Shown here one piece after another: positions 40,182-51,400 of a DNA stretch of 64,000 bases; the first letter of the stretch is position 1, and every line of letters starts with the position of its first letter. The DNA comes from a virus. The DNA lies in IMG/VR virus record IMGVR_UViG_3300026518_000008, positions 29,164-93,163 of that record; one strand, given 5' to 3'. Below the pieces are notes generated by a model. That model worked only from the letters and a program-made list of their open reading frames with translations, was not told the DNA's origin and made no database searches. Both the position numbers and the translations under genes were made by a program.

Positions 40182-40440
40182 ATTTGAACCAGAGCATACC
40201 TCTGGTTCTTGTGTAGACATATATATAGGACAGGAACTTATCTATTCATAGATAATTATGTAGCTTTTCACATTTCATACAATGGAGTTACATATTGTAG
40301 AACCATTCCATTTGAAGATGATATTACTAAGTTTTCAGCACTCATAGATATATCTAGAGACAAACATATCATAGATAGAGCATCTAGATCTAAACACATT
40401 TTATAATCATATAGAATACACAAATTATAGGGAGCCACAG

Positions 40441-42990
40441 ATGGCACTTACCACAGAACAACAGGACGCGGTAGATTTATTCCAGCATCCAGATACCAAG
40501 ATTTTACTTATTGATTCGGTAGCGGGATCTGGTAAACAGCAACCACTTACATCTCGAATTCTTACTCCATCAGGATGGACTACTATGGGAGATATCTCTA
40601 TAGGAGACATTATATCTAGCCAAGACGGTACTACTACGGAAGTAACACACATTCATCCTCAGGGGTTAAATCGAGTATATGTAGTTCATTTTATGGATGG
40701 CACTAGCGTAGAGTGTGGAGACAATCACATATGGAAGGTTTGGTCTATCCATTCACAGAAGTATTTAGAGCTTACTACTACAGAGCTAATGTCTAGGAAA
40801 CTGAAAGCAGTCAGTAGATCTTATATATACAGCACACCTCTTCCAGAGCCAGTGGAGCATCCAGAGCAGGATTTTCAGATTCATCCATATTTACTTGGGG
40901 CACTTATCGCAGATGGAGGCCTAGCAGCGAAACAGATCACTTTTCACACTAGTACAGAGGATAAATCTTTTGCATTAGAGAAAATTGGTCCATTACTGCC
41001 AGACGGAGTATCATTTGGATTATTTACTCAGACAAGCGAACATGGATATTCATATCGTATCAGACAGCCTATGCGAGATATTATCTCAGAGCTAGAGCTC
41101 AATGTATATTCCAGGGATAGATTCATTCCTGATGAGTACCTATTTTCATCTATTCAGCAGAGGAGAGACCTTCTTGCCGGACTAATGGATGCAGATGGAT
41201 CAGCTTCTTTGGGACGAAACAGAGTCACGTATTCTACATCATCTCTCCGACTAGCACAGGACATCATTAGCTTAGTCCAATCGTTAGGAGGATTAGCTAA
41301 ATTTGGGAAACCGGACTTTAGGAAATCTAATCCAAACTATACTGTATCGATTAAATTCAATTCATATAACCCATTCACATTACCTAGAAAGCGTGATAGA
41401 ATTTCACCTAGAATTCAGAATAGAGCGAAGAAATCTATCGTCAGCATAGAGGAAACTGATCGTTTTGTTGAGCAACAGTGTATCACCGTAGCTAATCCAG
41501 ATGGGTTATATATTACAGATCACTACACAGTTACTCATAACTCCTATACCTTAGAGGATATCGCAGCATTACCAGAGGTTAACTCAGGAATATGTATTGT
41601 TTACAACAAATCAGTTGCTGACGAGAATAAACTTTCTTTTCCATCTTATTTTCAGTCATCGACTATTCATTCACTTGCCTATCAGCACACGGTTAGAGCT
41701 TTTGGACTATCAGTTGGATTCTTCAATGCACGTGATGTTAAAGAGAAAGTCAGGTGGGAATACAAATCTGCTACAGTAGAGGCATTGCGAGGATTTTGTC
41801 TATCTAGACATCTCAAAGTTTCAGATTATTGTAGTGAGCAGCGTATAATTCCAGTAGTAGAGGACATGGTTACGAAATATATCAAACTCATGAAGGATGG
41901 TAAAATCCCAGCTACTCATGATTTTTATATGAAATATTTTCATATGCTTCTTGCGAATAACATTATACAGATTCCAGAGGTAGATGCATTGCTTCTTGAC
42001 GAATGTCAGGATAGCTTTGCTACTACTATCGAGATATTTAAACTTATTCCTGCTAGGAAAAAAGTTGCAGTTGGAGATCAGAGACAGGCATTATATTCCT
42101 TCAATAATTGTATCAATGGTTTCGAGGTGCTTGAGTCAGAACCAGGGGTGAGACTTTCTAATCTTACGAAGACTTTCCGAGTGAACGATGATGATGCACA
42201 GCTAGTACAGGATTTCATGCGACGACATTTGCATCAGCCAGACTACAGCTTCCGTGGGAATCATTATGATGACACAACTATCAAATCTAGAGCATTTCTT
42301 ACGAAGAACAATTCTGCCCTTATTGGGAAAATGATTGATCTTATGGACGAAGGTAGAGGCTTCAACTTATTGAGACCACCGAAGGCTATATTTGAACTTG
42401 TTATTATAATGCTTACTCTGAAACGTGGAGGTTTTATTCCGAATCCTGAGTTTAGACATTTACAGGACGATGTAGATGTGTGGTATGGATCAGAGTCTAT
42501 ACATATTGATTATAGATCTCCTATCGCATATATCGCCAGCATTCATAGCGATGATATACCTATTAAAACTGCAGTTAGACTTATTGCTGAGCATGGAGCG
42601 AAGACTATTTTTAAGGTATTTGACTATGCCAAACGTCAGTATGGTACGAAGAATCATGAGTGGACGCTATCTACCGTATTCACATCTAAGGGATTTACTT
42701 TTGACTATGTAGAGATCTCAGATGACATGAATATGGCTTTTGCTAAGGCTTATACTGAACATCATGAAGGGAAATTGTCAGAGTCTGGATTCAATGATAT
42801 ACTATATCAATACTATGTTATATGCACTAGACATCGTCATGAACTCATAAATGCAGTACATCTAGGAGGAGAGATTCCTTCTACCACAGATTACTATTTA
42901 CCCGACCTCGCATCTGATCAGAACCAGGAGGATGAGGATACTACAGATTCACAGTTTGCCAATGTTTTGGCCAATTTTCATTCAGTATAG
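40441..42990 (+). CDS. superfamily 1 (UvrD-like) helicase with intein
   Basis: LTTEQ, VAGSGK|S, TIHSLA, LDECQD, VGDQRQALY, LTKTFR, SKG.TFD, YVICTR. Confidence 0.92.
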   Translation: MALTTEQQDAVDLFQHPDTKILLIDSVAGSGKQQPLTSRILTPSGWTTMGDISIGDIISSQDGTTTEVTHIHPQGLNRVYVVHFMDGTSVECGDNHIWKVWSIHSQKYLELTTTELMSRKLKAVSRSYIYSTPLPEPVEHPEQDFQIHPYLLGALIADGGLAAKQITFHTSTEDKSFALEKIGPLLPDGVSFGLFTQTSEHGYSYRIRQPMRDIISELELNVYSRDRFIPDEYLFSSIQQRRDLLAGLMDADGSASLGRNRVTYSTSSLRLAQDIISLVQSLGGLAKFGKPDFRKSNPNYTVSIKFNSYNPFTLPRKRDRISPRIQNRAKKSIVSIEETDRFVEQQCITVANPDGLYITDHYTVTHNSYTLEDIAALPEVNSGICIVYNKSVADENKLSFPSYFQSSTIHSLAYQHTVRAFGLSVGFFNARDVKEKVRWEYKSATVEALRGFCLSRHLKVSDYCSEQRIIPVVEDMVTKYIKLMKDGKIPATHDFYMKYFHMLLANNIIQIPEVDALLLDECQDSFATTIEIFKLIPARKKVAVGDQRQALYSFNNCINGFEVLESEPGVRLSNLTKTFRVNDDDAQLVQDFMRRHLHQPDYSFRGNHYDDTTIKSRAFLTKNNSALIGKMIDLMDEGRGFNLLRPPKAIFELVIIMLTLKRGGFIPNPEFRHLQDDVDVWYGSESIHIDYRSPIAYIASIHSDDIPIKTAVRLIAEHGAKTIFKVFDYAKRQYGTKNHEWTLSTVFTSKGFTFDYVEISDDMNMAFAKAYTEHHEGKLSESGFNDILYQYYVICTRHRHELINAVHLGGEIPSTTDYYLPDLASDQNQEDEDTTDSQFANVLANFHSV
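40537..41541 (+). mobile_element. class 3 intein with LAGLIDADG homing endonuclease (335 aa)
   Basis: Starts QQP and ends THN|S; WCT triplet (HIW, QCITV, YIT); LGALIADG and LAGLMDADG. Confidence 0.92.
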
Positions 42991-43000
42991 GAAATATATT

Positions 43001-43321
43001 ATGACAGATAGATTATTGACATTAGACGAATGGGTTGATGAGTTTCAACCTATTCAGGGGACAGAGGGAGAGTTGTTCTTCTCTACATATGGAGAGTTTA
43101 TAGAAGAACTCAAATCTAGAGCAGATGAAATTGCTGCTCAGCATGGGACTAGAGAACATCAACACATATGGACTAGAGTAGACGGAGATTCAGGAAGACT
43201 TATTCTTTTGAATGGATGGCATACAGTGAATAGACTTGACTATTGTCTATCAGAACTTCCTTGGGGAGATGGTACAGATACTGACAGAGATGTTTATATC
43301 GAGGTAACTTATGAGGAATAG
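43001..43321 (+). CDS. phage hypothetical protein
   Basis: AGGA RBS; HIWT.VDGD....NGWH.VNR. Confidence 0.7.
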   Translation: MTDRLLTLDEWVDEFQPIQGTEGELFFSTYGEFIEELKSRADEIAAQHGTREHQHIWTRVDGDSGRLILLNGWHTVNRLDYCLSELPWGDGTDTDRDVYIEVTYEE

Positions 43322-43458
43322 TTTATGATATGTGAGAATTGTGGAAAATACAATATTTACGCACAGGAATATTGTACTAATTGTGGTTTTGACTTACATT
43401 TTGGCATCCTGTCCACACCAGGTATTAGTCCATCTATTTTTTTACGAAAGGATTATTT

Positions 43459-43725
43459 ATGGCAAACATAAACAAATCGGCTTTAGCCAAATTATCAGGC
43501 GTATCAGTTTCTGACATTGAGTCAGTATTTTCACATATTGTTGCTTCAGTTTCTAATGGTGACGAGGTATCTATTCCAAAATTTGGTAAATTTATCTCTG
43601 CATTGCAGAAAGGTAGGACTGGTACAGTTCCAGGAACCACAAAGACTTATACTACATCAGACTCTAGAGTACCGAAGTTTAGACCTTCTAGCTCATTTAA
43701 AGAGTATATTGCATATGGTGCTTAA
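43459..43725 (+). CDS. hup: HU/IHF-family histone-like DNA-binding protein
   Basis: NKSAL...GDEVSIPKFGKF...RTG..P.T....VPKFRPS. Confidence 0.92.
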   Translation: MANINKSALAKLSGVSVSDIESVFSHIVASVSNGDEVSIPKFGKFISALQKGRTGTVPGTTKTYTTSDSRVPKFRPSSSFKEYIAYGA

Positions 43726-43782
43726 TTATATATACAGGTTGGATGAGATATACTTCTCGTCCGCTTTCACAAAGGAACATAT

Positions 43783-46020
43783 ATGAATGTTACGAAACAT
43801 GATGGTTCATCAGAGCCATTAGATATTAACAAACTTACAAATAGTCTTGAATGGGCAGGAGATGGCTTACAGGTATCTATGTCTGATGTAGAGATGTCTA
43901 TGAATTTACATTTCTATGATGGAATTACTACCTCTGATATCCTAGATACTACTATCAAGACGTGTAGAGACTTATCTAGTCTAAAATCACCAGATTACGA
44001 CACTATGGGTGCTAGACTTGTTATGCAGAAACTGTATAAGGCTGCGTATCAGTCTACTACTCCAGTATCACTTATGGATTATCTAGACCAGATGATATCA
44101 GATGGATTTTATTCAGATGCAGTAACTGATTCATTTACAGAACTAGAGATTGATGTACTTAGTAGATACCTTGACAATGGTAGAGATTTTACATTTACTT
44201 TATCTGGTATAGAGAAATTTATTGACTCATATTTTATTAGAGGATGCAACGAGACACCACAGATGTTGTTTATGGCAGTTGCTATGGACACATTCAGAGA
44301 CTATCATACAGATAGACTTGACTATATCAAATTGCTTTATGACAAGTTATCTCGATTTGAGATTTCACTTCCATCACCTGAGATGACAGCATTGCGTACA
44401 GATTCCACTGATTACGCTTCATGTATCATTATTCGTTTTGGAGATATGATTCGTTCATGGACTGAGGGAAAATCAGCACTTATAAAACATACAGTTGCTT
44501 CAGCTGGAATTGGAGTAGATATTGCAGATGTGGCATCTGCAGGCGACCTTGTTAAGGATGGGAAGATTGTTCACTCTGGCAAGGTAAAACTTATGAGATC
44601 TTTAGACGCTGATATTCAGACTAGTTCTCAGATGAATCGAAGAGGACAAGCAGTCACATATGTTAACCTATTTGATCCAGAGATTCGTCATGTCTTATCT
44701 CTGAAATCACCTCGTACAGCTATTGAACAAAGAATTCAGGATCTGAAGCATGGTATCAAGATCTCAGGCTATCTCTATCATCGTATGGCACATGATATGC
44801 CTATATATTTATTCAGCTCTAGACAGTTTCCAGATGTACACAATTCATTTGGAACTAAGGATTCTCAGGAGTTTCAGATTGCATATGAGGCAGCTATTGA
44901 TACTGCACTTGCAGATAATCCTCTACACCCTTACATCTCTGGTTCTGAATTGATGGAACTATTTGCCTCAGAGAGATTTGAGAATGGTATATACTATATT
45001 ATGAATGTCGACCACTCGAATACGAATTCATCTTGGAAGAAAATTGTCCGTCAGGCAAATATCTGTGTTGAGTTCCTGTCGCCTATAGAGCCTATTGACG
45101 AGCAGTTTCCAGACAGACCAGACATTGGTGTTTGTGTATTATCTAACATCAATCAGGCTACTATATCTATTGAACAATTACCAGAGGCTTGTGATCTACT
45201 TGTTCGCATGCAGTCACATATTATGCTTCGTCAGGAGCATCCTACTTCTCAGGCTAACGCTTATGTTAAGACATATAGAGATATTGGTATTGGATTTGGT
45301 AGTCATGCCCATTGGCTTGCTAAGAATGGATGGAAATATGGTGAGCAAGATGCACTAGAGGCTCACTATCATTGGATGGAGGCATTTCAGTATCACCTTA
45401 TGCTTTCTAGTACATATCTTGCTGAGGAGCTTGGTAGAGCACCAGGATTTGCAGATACTACATATTCTGATTTAGTGATGCCACATGATCGTTGCAGTCA
45501 GTCAGCTATGGCAGAGCTATTTCCAGATGGAATTGAGTTGAGACAGGATTGGGATTACCTCAGAACCAGGATAGGGAGATTTGGCATGTTCAATTGTGGA
45601 TTCTCTATGGTCCCACCGGGTGAGACTAGTTCGATCATTGGAAACATGACATCAGGACTTGAGCCTATCAGAGACTTGATGACTATTAAATCTGGAAAAT
45701 CTATATCTATTAAACAGATTGCTCCAGGATATCCAGAGTTTTCCCAGTCATATGATACAGCTTTTGATAGAGAAATCACACAGGATTACTTACGACATGT
45801 AGCAGTAACACAGATGTGGATTGATAAATCTATTTCTGCAAATACATACTACAATCCAGAGCTATATCCAAATGGAAAAGTTCCAATAAAAACACTGATA
45901 AGAGATATATACTTTGGATATAAACTAGGTATGAAGACATTTTATTACAACAACGTAAAATCTCCAGATGAATTTACTATAGAACAGCATGCATGTGCAG
46001 GCGGAGGATGTGAGTTATGA
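43783..46020 (+). CDS. nrdA: class Ia ribonucleotide reductase alpha subunit
   Basis: ATP cone (VTKHDG), ETPQ, ASC, ANICVE, VCVL, PGETSS, KTFYY, C-terminal CAGGGC. Confidence 0.97.
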   Translation: MNVTKHDGSSEPLDINKLTNSLEWAGDGLQVSMSDVEMSMNLHFYDGITTSDILDTTIKTCRDLSSLKSPDYDTMGARLVMQKLYKAAYQSTTPVSLMDYLDQMISDGFYSDAVTDSFTELEIDVLSRYLDNGRDFTFTLSGIEKFIDSYFIRGCNETPQMLFMAVAMDTFRDYHTDRLDYIKLLYDKLSRFEISLPSPEMTALRTDSTDYASCIIIRFGDMIRSWTEGKSALIKHTVASAGIGVDIADVASAGDLVKDGKIVHSGKVKLMRSLDADIQTSSQMNRRGQAVTYVNLFDPEIRHVLSLKSPRTAIEQRIQDLKHGIKISGYLYHRMAHDMPIYLFSSRQFPDVHNSFGTKDSQEFQIAYEAAIDTALADNPLHPYISGSELMELFASERFENGIYYIMNVDHSNTNSSWKKIVRQANICVEFLSPIEPIDEQFPDRPDIGVCVLSNINQATISIEQLPEACDLLVRMQSHIMLRQEHPTSQANAYVKTYRDIGIGFGSHAHWLAKNGWKYGEQDALEAHYHWMEAFQYHLMLSSTYLAEELGRAPGFADTTYSDLVMPHDRCSQSAMAELFPDGIELRQDWDYLRTRIGRFGMFNCGFSMVPPGETSSIIGNMTSGLEPIRDLMTIKSGKSISIKQIAPGYPEFSQSYDTAFDREITQDYLRHVAVTQMWIDKSISANTYYNPELYPNGKVPIKTLIRDIYFGYKLGMKTFYYNNVKSPDEFTIEQHACAGGGCEL

Positions 46021-47135
46021 TTTTTACAGATAAACCTATTGATTTTACCAAAGAACCATTATTTTTTGGCTCTGGACGAAATATTGCCAGAGTAGATCTT
46101 GATGTATTTCCAGAGATTAGATCACTCTACGAGAAACTCAGAGCCCAGCTTTGGTTTCCTACAGATTTCTCACTGAAACAAGATGCGATTGATTATGTTA
46201 CGATGTCCAAGGACAAGCAGTTGCTTTTTCTGAAGAATTTGAAATTTCAGACGCTTCTTGATTCACTTGCTACTCGTACTGTACTTGAGATATTCATGCC
46301 TATGACTACAAATCCTCAGCTTGAGGAGTGGTGGGTTCTGCATGGCTTCACTGAGTCTATTCACAGCAACAGCTATGCTGAGATCATCAAGGCTCTTCCA
46401 GTAGACGCTAGAGCGATCTTTGATGATATCATGATTAATCCAGCTATACTCAGCAGAGCAGAGAAGATTGTTGCTATATTCAATCATACAGTTACATTAA
46501 ATGCAGTTTATGCTACTGATAAAGCTTCTGATGGACTACATCTATTGAAATACAACACCGATGAGCACAAAAGATCTTTTCTTCTTTCTATATACGCGTT
46601 GAATATACTTGAGGGAGGGCTATTCCAGTCATCTTTCATTACATCATTTGCATTTGCAGAGAATGGACTCATGGAGGGTACATCAAAGATTATTGCTAAG
46701 ATTTCGAATGACGAAGGAGTTCATTGTGAACTTTCTTTCTATAGTCTCCAGCAATTATCTACTGATACTGCATGGTCACATATATTTCATGATGTTAGAG
46801 ATGATGCTATACAGATGTATAGAGATGTTTATTCAGCAGACCTTGAATGGGTAGATTATCTATTTCCAGACGGATCACAGATGTTAGGATTGAATGCTAA
46901 AATTTTGAAACAGTATATTGCGTTCAATATGAATAACTTAGTTAGTGTAGTTGGATTTGAGCCATTCCTTGAACAGATATTCAATCCTGTTACATGGTCT
47001 TCAAAATATACTGACATCTCGAAACAACAGATTGCACAGAATGAGTCAGACGGGAACTCATATCTTCTAGGAGTTATCGACAAAGACATGTCTAGAGACG
47101 ATTGGTCGGATATTACAGACATAATGGGATATTGA
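46017..47135 (+). CDS. nrdB: class Ia ribonucleotide reductase beta subunit
   Basis: QTLLDS, ESIHSNSY, LEG..F..SF, DEGVH. Confidence 0.97.
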   Translation: MIFTDKPIDFTKEPLFFGSGRNIARVDLDVFPEIRSLYEKLRAQLWFPTDFSLKQDAIDYVTMSKDKQLLFLKNLKFQTLLDSLATRTVLEIFMPMTTNPQLEEWWVLHGFTESIHSNSYAEIIKALPVDARAIFDDIMINPAILSRAEKIVAIFNHTVTLNAVYATDKASDGLHLLKYNTDEHKRSFLLSIYALNILEGGLFQSSFITSFAFAENGLMEGTSKIIAKISNDEGVHCELSFYSLQQLSTDTAWSHIFHDVRDDAIQMYRDVYSADLEWVDYLFPDGSQMLGLNAKILKQYIAFNMNNLVSVVGFEPFLEQIFNPVTWSSKYTDISKQQIAQNESDGNSYLLGVIDKDMSRDDWSDITDIMGY

Positions 47136-47282
47136 TATGACTGATACAGAGATTAGCATATTTTTATTCATTACGACTGCACTTTTTTTAATTATATTAG
47201 TTGTAGGATTTATCCTATATTTAGAACATAGACTCAGCACACATTGGAATGAGTCTACACATACACACACTAGGAATTTATT

Positions 47283-47714
47283 ATGAAAAAACATGATAGA
47301 CAAAAAATTGAGGCAATAAATGCATTGTTTAGCTTACTTTCTGACGCAGATACAGATGCAGATACAGATAAACTATCATCTAGATCAGATGAATCAGAGA
47401 TGACTTCTGAGGATTACATTAGATCTAAAAATGGAGAACATCAAGATTCTGATGATTGTCATGATGCATACGAATCTGGTTTTGCAGATGGAGTTGATTG
47501 TGTTGTTAATGATATGACTCGATACAATACAACACATACACTTCGAGATAAAATTCTTTATGAGATTTGGAAAAATGTTGGCAACGTACATCCATCTGAG
47601 ACAAAATTACTTGCAGAGTCATTATTGATTCTTTCTCAGTCAGATGCAATCAACGACTATTCACCATCCGTCCCCACTGGTTCTGATTGTGATGATACAG
47701 ATGAACAATCATGA
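47283..47714 (+). CDS. acidic hypothetical protein
   Basis: 143-aa ORF with AGGA RBS. Confidence 0.6.
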   Translation: MKKHDRQKIEAINALFSLLSDADTDADTDKLSSRSDESEMTSEDYIRSKNGEHQDSDDCHDAYESGFADGVDCVVNDMTRYNTTHTLRDKILYEIWKNVGNVHPSETKLLAESLLILSQSDAINDYSPSVPTGSDCDDTDEQS

Positions 47715-48190
47715 CATCTCCGTATTCAGTATTTCAGTCTATTTATGACTGGAATCAGCAGGCTAGACTTCTCAATAATGCATACTCAGATACACTTGAA
47801 TCTGGATTTCAGATTGAGGAGGCACTTGAAGGATTCAGCGATTTATCGGAGTTAACTGCTTGTTTTAGTCACATATCAGATGCACATCCAGACAGTGGTC
47901 CTAGAGAACTTTCTCAGATCATTATGAAACTACTTCAGAACCAGGGAGATGAGATATCTGATGTAGACAGGTTTGACAAACATGTTGATGGAATAATATA
48001 CCACTTTGGATCTCTATTTAAACTTAGACTTACAACAACTTCAATTCTTGAGGGGATTGCAGTTGTTATTGATGCTAATCAACAGAAACTTAAGTCGAAA
48101 AGATCAGCTTCAGATGGCAAACTATTGAAATCAGCAGATTTTGTTGGACCAGAGCCTGAGCTTCAGGCCATCTTAGATTGTAGGGAATAG
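47711..48190 (+). CDS. MazG-like / all-alpha NTP pyrophosphatase
   Basis: IEEALE, D..VD.I, V.DAN.QKL...DGKLLK...FVGPE. Confidence 0.7.
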   Translation: MTSPYSVFQSIYDWNQQARLLNNAYSDTLESGFQIEEALEGFSDLSELTACFSHISDAHPDSGPRELSQIIMKLLQNQGDEISDVDRFDKHVDGIIYHFGSLFKLRLTTTSILEGIAVVIDANQQKLKSKRSASDGKLLKSADFVGPEPELQAILDCRE

Positions 48191-48192
48191 AT

Positions 48193-48435
48193 ATGGAGCA
48201 TTTTATTATTGGATTTGCAGTATTCTTCAATGGTGCAGTCATTCTTATGAAACTAAATCTTGCTAGATATTTTGACGCAGCATTTGACACAGCATTCTTA
48301 GTTGCGTTGAGCTATGTATTTGGGGGCAGTTTTGATGGTCTTGTTGCATCTACAGTTGCATCTGCATTAATGTCTATATTTCTATTCTTTTATCGTCCAA
48401 AATTTTTGGACGAAATTAGGAGGGAGCTTAGTTAG
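48193..48435 (+). CDS. small multi-pass membrane protein
   Basis: Two to three hydrophobic segments and a charged C-terminus; last gene of the rightward arm. Confidence 0.6.
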   Translation: MEHFIIGFAVFFNGAVILMKLNLARYFDAAFDTAFLVALSYVFGGSFDGLVASTVASALMSIFLFFYRPKFLDEIRRELS

Positions 48436-51400
48436 TATCTCAGTATATGAGGTACTATAGTACGCTCTACAGTATCCATTATTGGAGGCATATAGAATAG
48501 ATGAGTTGGGCCTTTTACAATTATTGATTTTTCTGCTATATCATCTGGATCATAGCCTATTGTTTCATCCATTAATTCCTGTCCCAATAATGCCATTAGG
48601 AATCTTACAGGTCTTTCTGTTACTCCATCTTTTATTACTTTCTGTATTCTCCATGCGTATTTCGTGAACATTGCTAGTCCCATGTCGTTTGCATATTGCA
48701 CTAGAGCACTATCTGGCTTTGTATAGTTTATGAACGCTTCTCGTATATTTACCATGAGCCTAGCTTTCATTTCATTCAGCTCTTTTGTATTCATTTTTCT
48801 ATTATTCTTTGTATAAAATCTTCTTTGAGCTCTTTCTTGTTCTAGATAGTATTGTGCATATCTTGCTACAAAATCTGACTTTTGAGTTCCATGCATCATT
48901 GCTTTAAACACCCATGTTTTCTCAGTTAGAAACATCCAGTTTCCAGCAAATTTTAATATCTCTGGAGCTCCTTCGAATTTCTCTCCCATAGCATTTACTA
49001 TTCTTGAGCTTGACTTCATATCTTCTAGGTTTGCATCTTCTGCGATTGGCTGGTACAGTCCCTCTTCTATCAGTTCATGAGCAGCATTTTCTTTCATATC
49101 TGACTTTAGCCTCATCATCTCTTTCATTTCAGCACTAGTTGCTATTCCAGAGTCTATTTTTGCTTGTAGTTTTACTACTTCTGCATTTGCTTTTGTATAC
49201 TCATTTATAGCTTTGAGACCATCTAATTGTAGTTTTGCTATAGCTATTGGACTATGTCCAAGTTGCACACTATACATCAGATTCGATATTATATTATTCA
49301 GTAGGACTCCTGGGGTTCTTATTATTATATCCACTTTAGATATAGCTACTATCTCCTTCCATATTTCCTCAGCCAATTTTATCATTGTTTTTATCACCCT
49401 AGGCATCATATTTACACCTTTGGCATCTATTATGCTAAGATCTCTTACACCGAATATATCCAGCAGCATATCTTGTCTTACATGCAGTCCTTTTTTGTAT
49501 ATTATATTTCCGCCTTCATCTGTTTCTTCCATTTTATCTATCTGCTTTTTTATGTCCGTAGGTAGAGCATTATATATTTTTCTTATCGATTCATCATTTG
49601 AGTACTTACTTACTTTTATATAGTTGTGTCCATTTCTACCAGCTTTATATCCAGTATAATTTTCTTCCATATCTAGCTTCATTTCTTCAAATGCTATTTG
49701 ATTGATCTTCCTTGACTCTTCCATATCCGTCTCATGAGACCATATTCTTCCTACGCTCTCACCTATGCTTTGTTTTAGAGATAGATTTGTTTCTTTGAAT
49801 TCTGTTCCTATTTCATACCTCATATCTACTAGGCTTCCATATTCGTCATATACTGCTCTTGATAGATTATCTGATTCTAGTATTCCTATAGCGTTTCCAT
49901 TCATCATGCTTTCTACGTCGCTATTTATATCCATTGATGCTTTTGCTTTAGCTTGTTTTATTTTATTTTGTATATTATTATCACCACTCTTTAGTAGTAT
50001 CTCATATATTCCTATCCCGCCATCTTTGTCATCCGTGAACCTAACTGTACTACGGTTTAGGTTTTGGAGATGGTGTAGCCCATTGACATATATTGCCATT
50101 TCTCCCGTTGATGTGTCCCAGCTATCTTTTCCTAACTTCTCTCTCAACGTGTATCCGTTTCTTTCCATTCTACTTTTATCTTTTATACTTGCTATTTGTA
50201 CTGTTTTAAAATCATCTAACGTATCTCTTGAATATCCTTTTTTGTATCTCGCTATTCCTACAGCTTCGTATCTTCTTTTTGCCCCAGCTCTTGTTGATTT
50301 TATTGTATTTTCTACAGCTTCTCCATCTGATTTTATCAGCTCTGCAGTTCTCTGATTTACGCTTGGATCTGTATATTTTATATATTCCAGTGTTGCCAAT
50401 TGATCTACTAGTATTTCTATTTGCTTCTGGGTTTCACCGCCTCTACTTTGATATTTTGTTCCATGCATTTTTGATATTGCTTCTGCATTTATATGCTGTG
50501 CCTTTTTTGATTTTCCTGTCAGCATATACTTGCCTAGCCCATGTGCTTGTGCTATATAGTAGTTTGCTTTTCTTTTATTACTTGATATATCTTTTATTTT
50601 TTTCTGTATTTCTATTGCCATATTCCTTCTTGCTACATCATCACTCAGTATGTTCTCTACTTCGTCTATTCCTATTTGTTCAGATAATGCTCCTATATCA
50701 CCTTTTACTATTGTCCCATATAGAGCTTTCTTATCACTATTTTTCAGCTTCTTACTGAATTGTTCTGTTATTAATGCAGATATTGTTAATGCTTGATCTT
50801 CACGATGCTTATCTACTTGCAGTGACGCCAGCATCATTTTTTGCCATTTCTCAGAATACTGATCTATATCTCTAAAATGTCTCATTAGAGTTTGTATCGT
50901 TCCCTCTTCTTTCATCCCGAACATATGCATTATCTGAGTTAGTTCTCCAGTTAATGCTGGATTTGTTGTCAGCTGATACCAGTTTGCAGCTATCCATTTC
51001 ATTTGCTTCCATTTTGGTGCAGTTGGACTTGGTCTCTCAGTTAGAGCAGCTCTCTTTGCTGCATTCTCACCTTTGTGTTGCCATTTTATGAATCTATCTT
51101 GGATATTGTCTATAGCTGTAGTTATCTTTCCAATTCTATTCTCATTTAGCTTTTTCATTGCTACATTGTTTGCAGCTGATAGCTCATTGAACAGTTTCAT
51201 TGCAAGAGCATCACCTTTCATTCCTGGTTTAATATTGTACGCCTTATCCAGAACCAGGGAGATTAGTCTATGTAGATACTCTACTATTGTATCATATATA
51301 CTCATACCTTTTGTATCTACTTTGTCTCTCTTTACATCTATTTCAGATAGTGCTTTCATTACCTTTTCATTTGTTACCGAATGTACTACGAACTCTTCTA

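Noticed and set aside
48193-48435. Holin call for the small membrane protein
   Set aside because: No endolysin or spanin nearby, and it lies in the middle-gene arm; kept as a generic membrane protein
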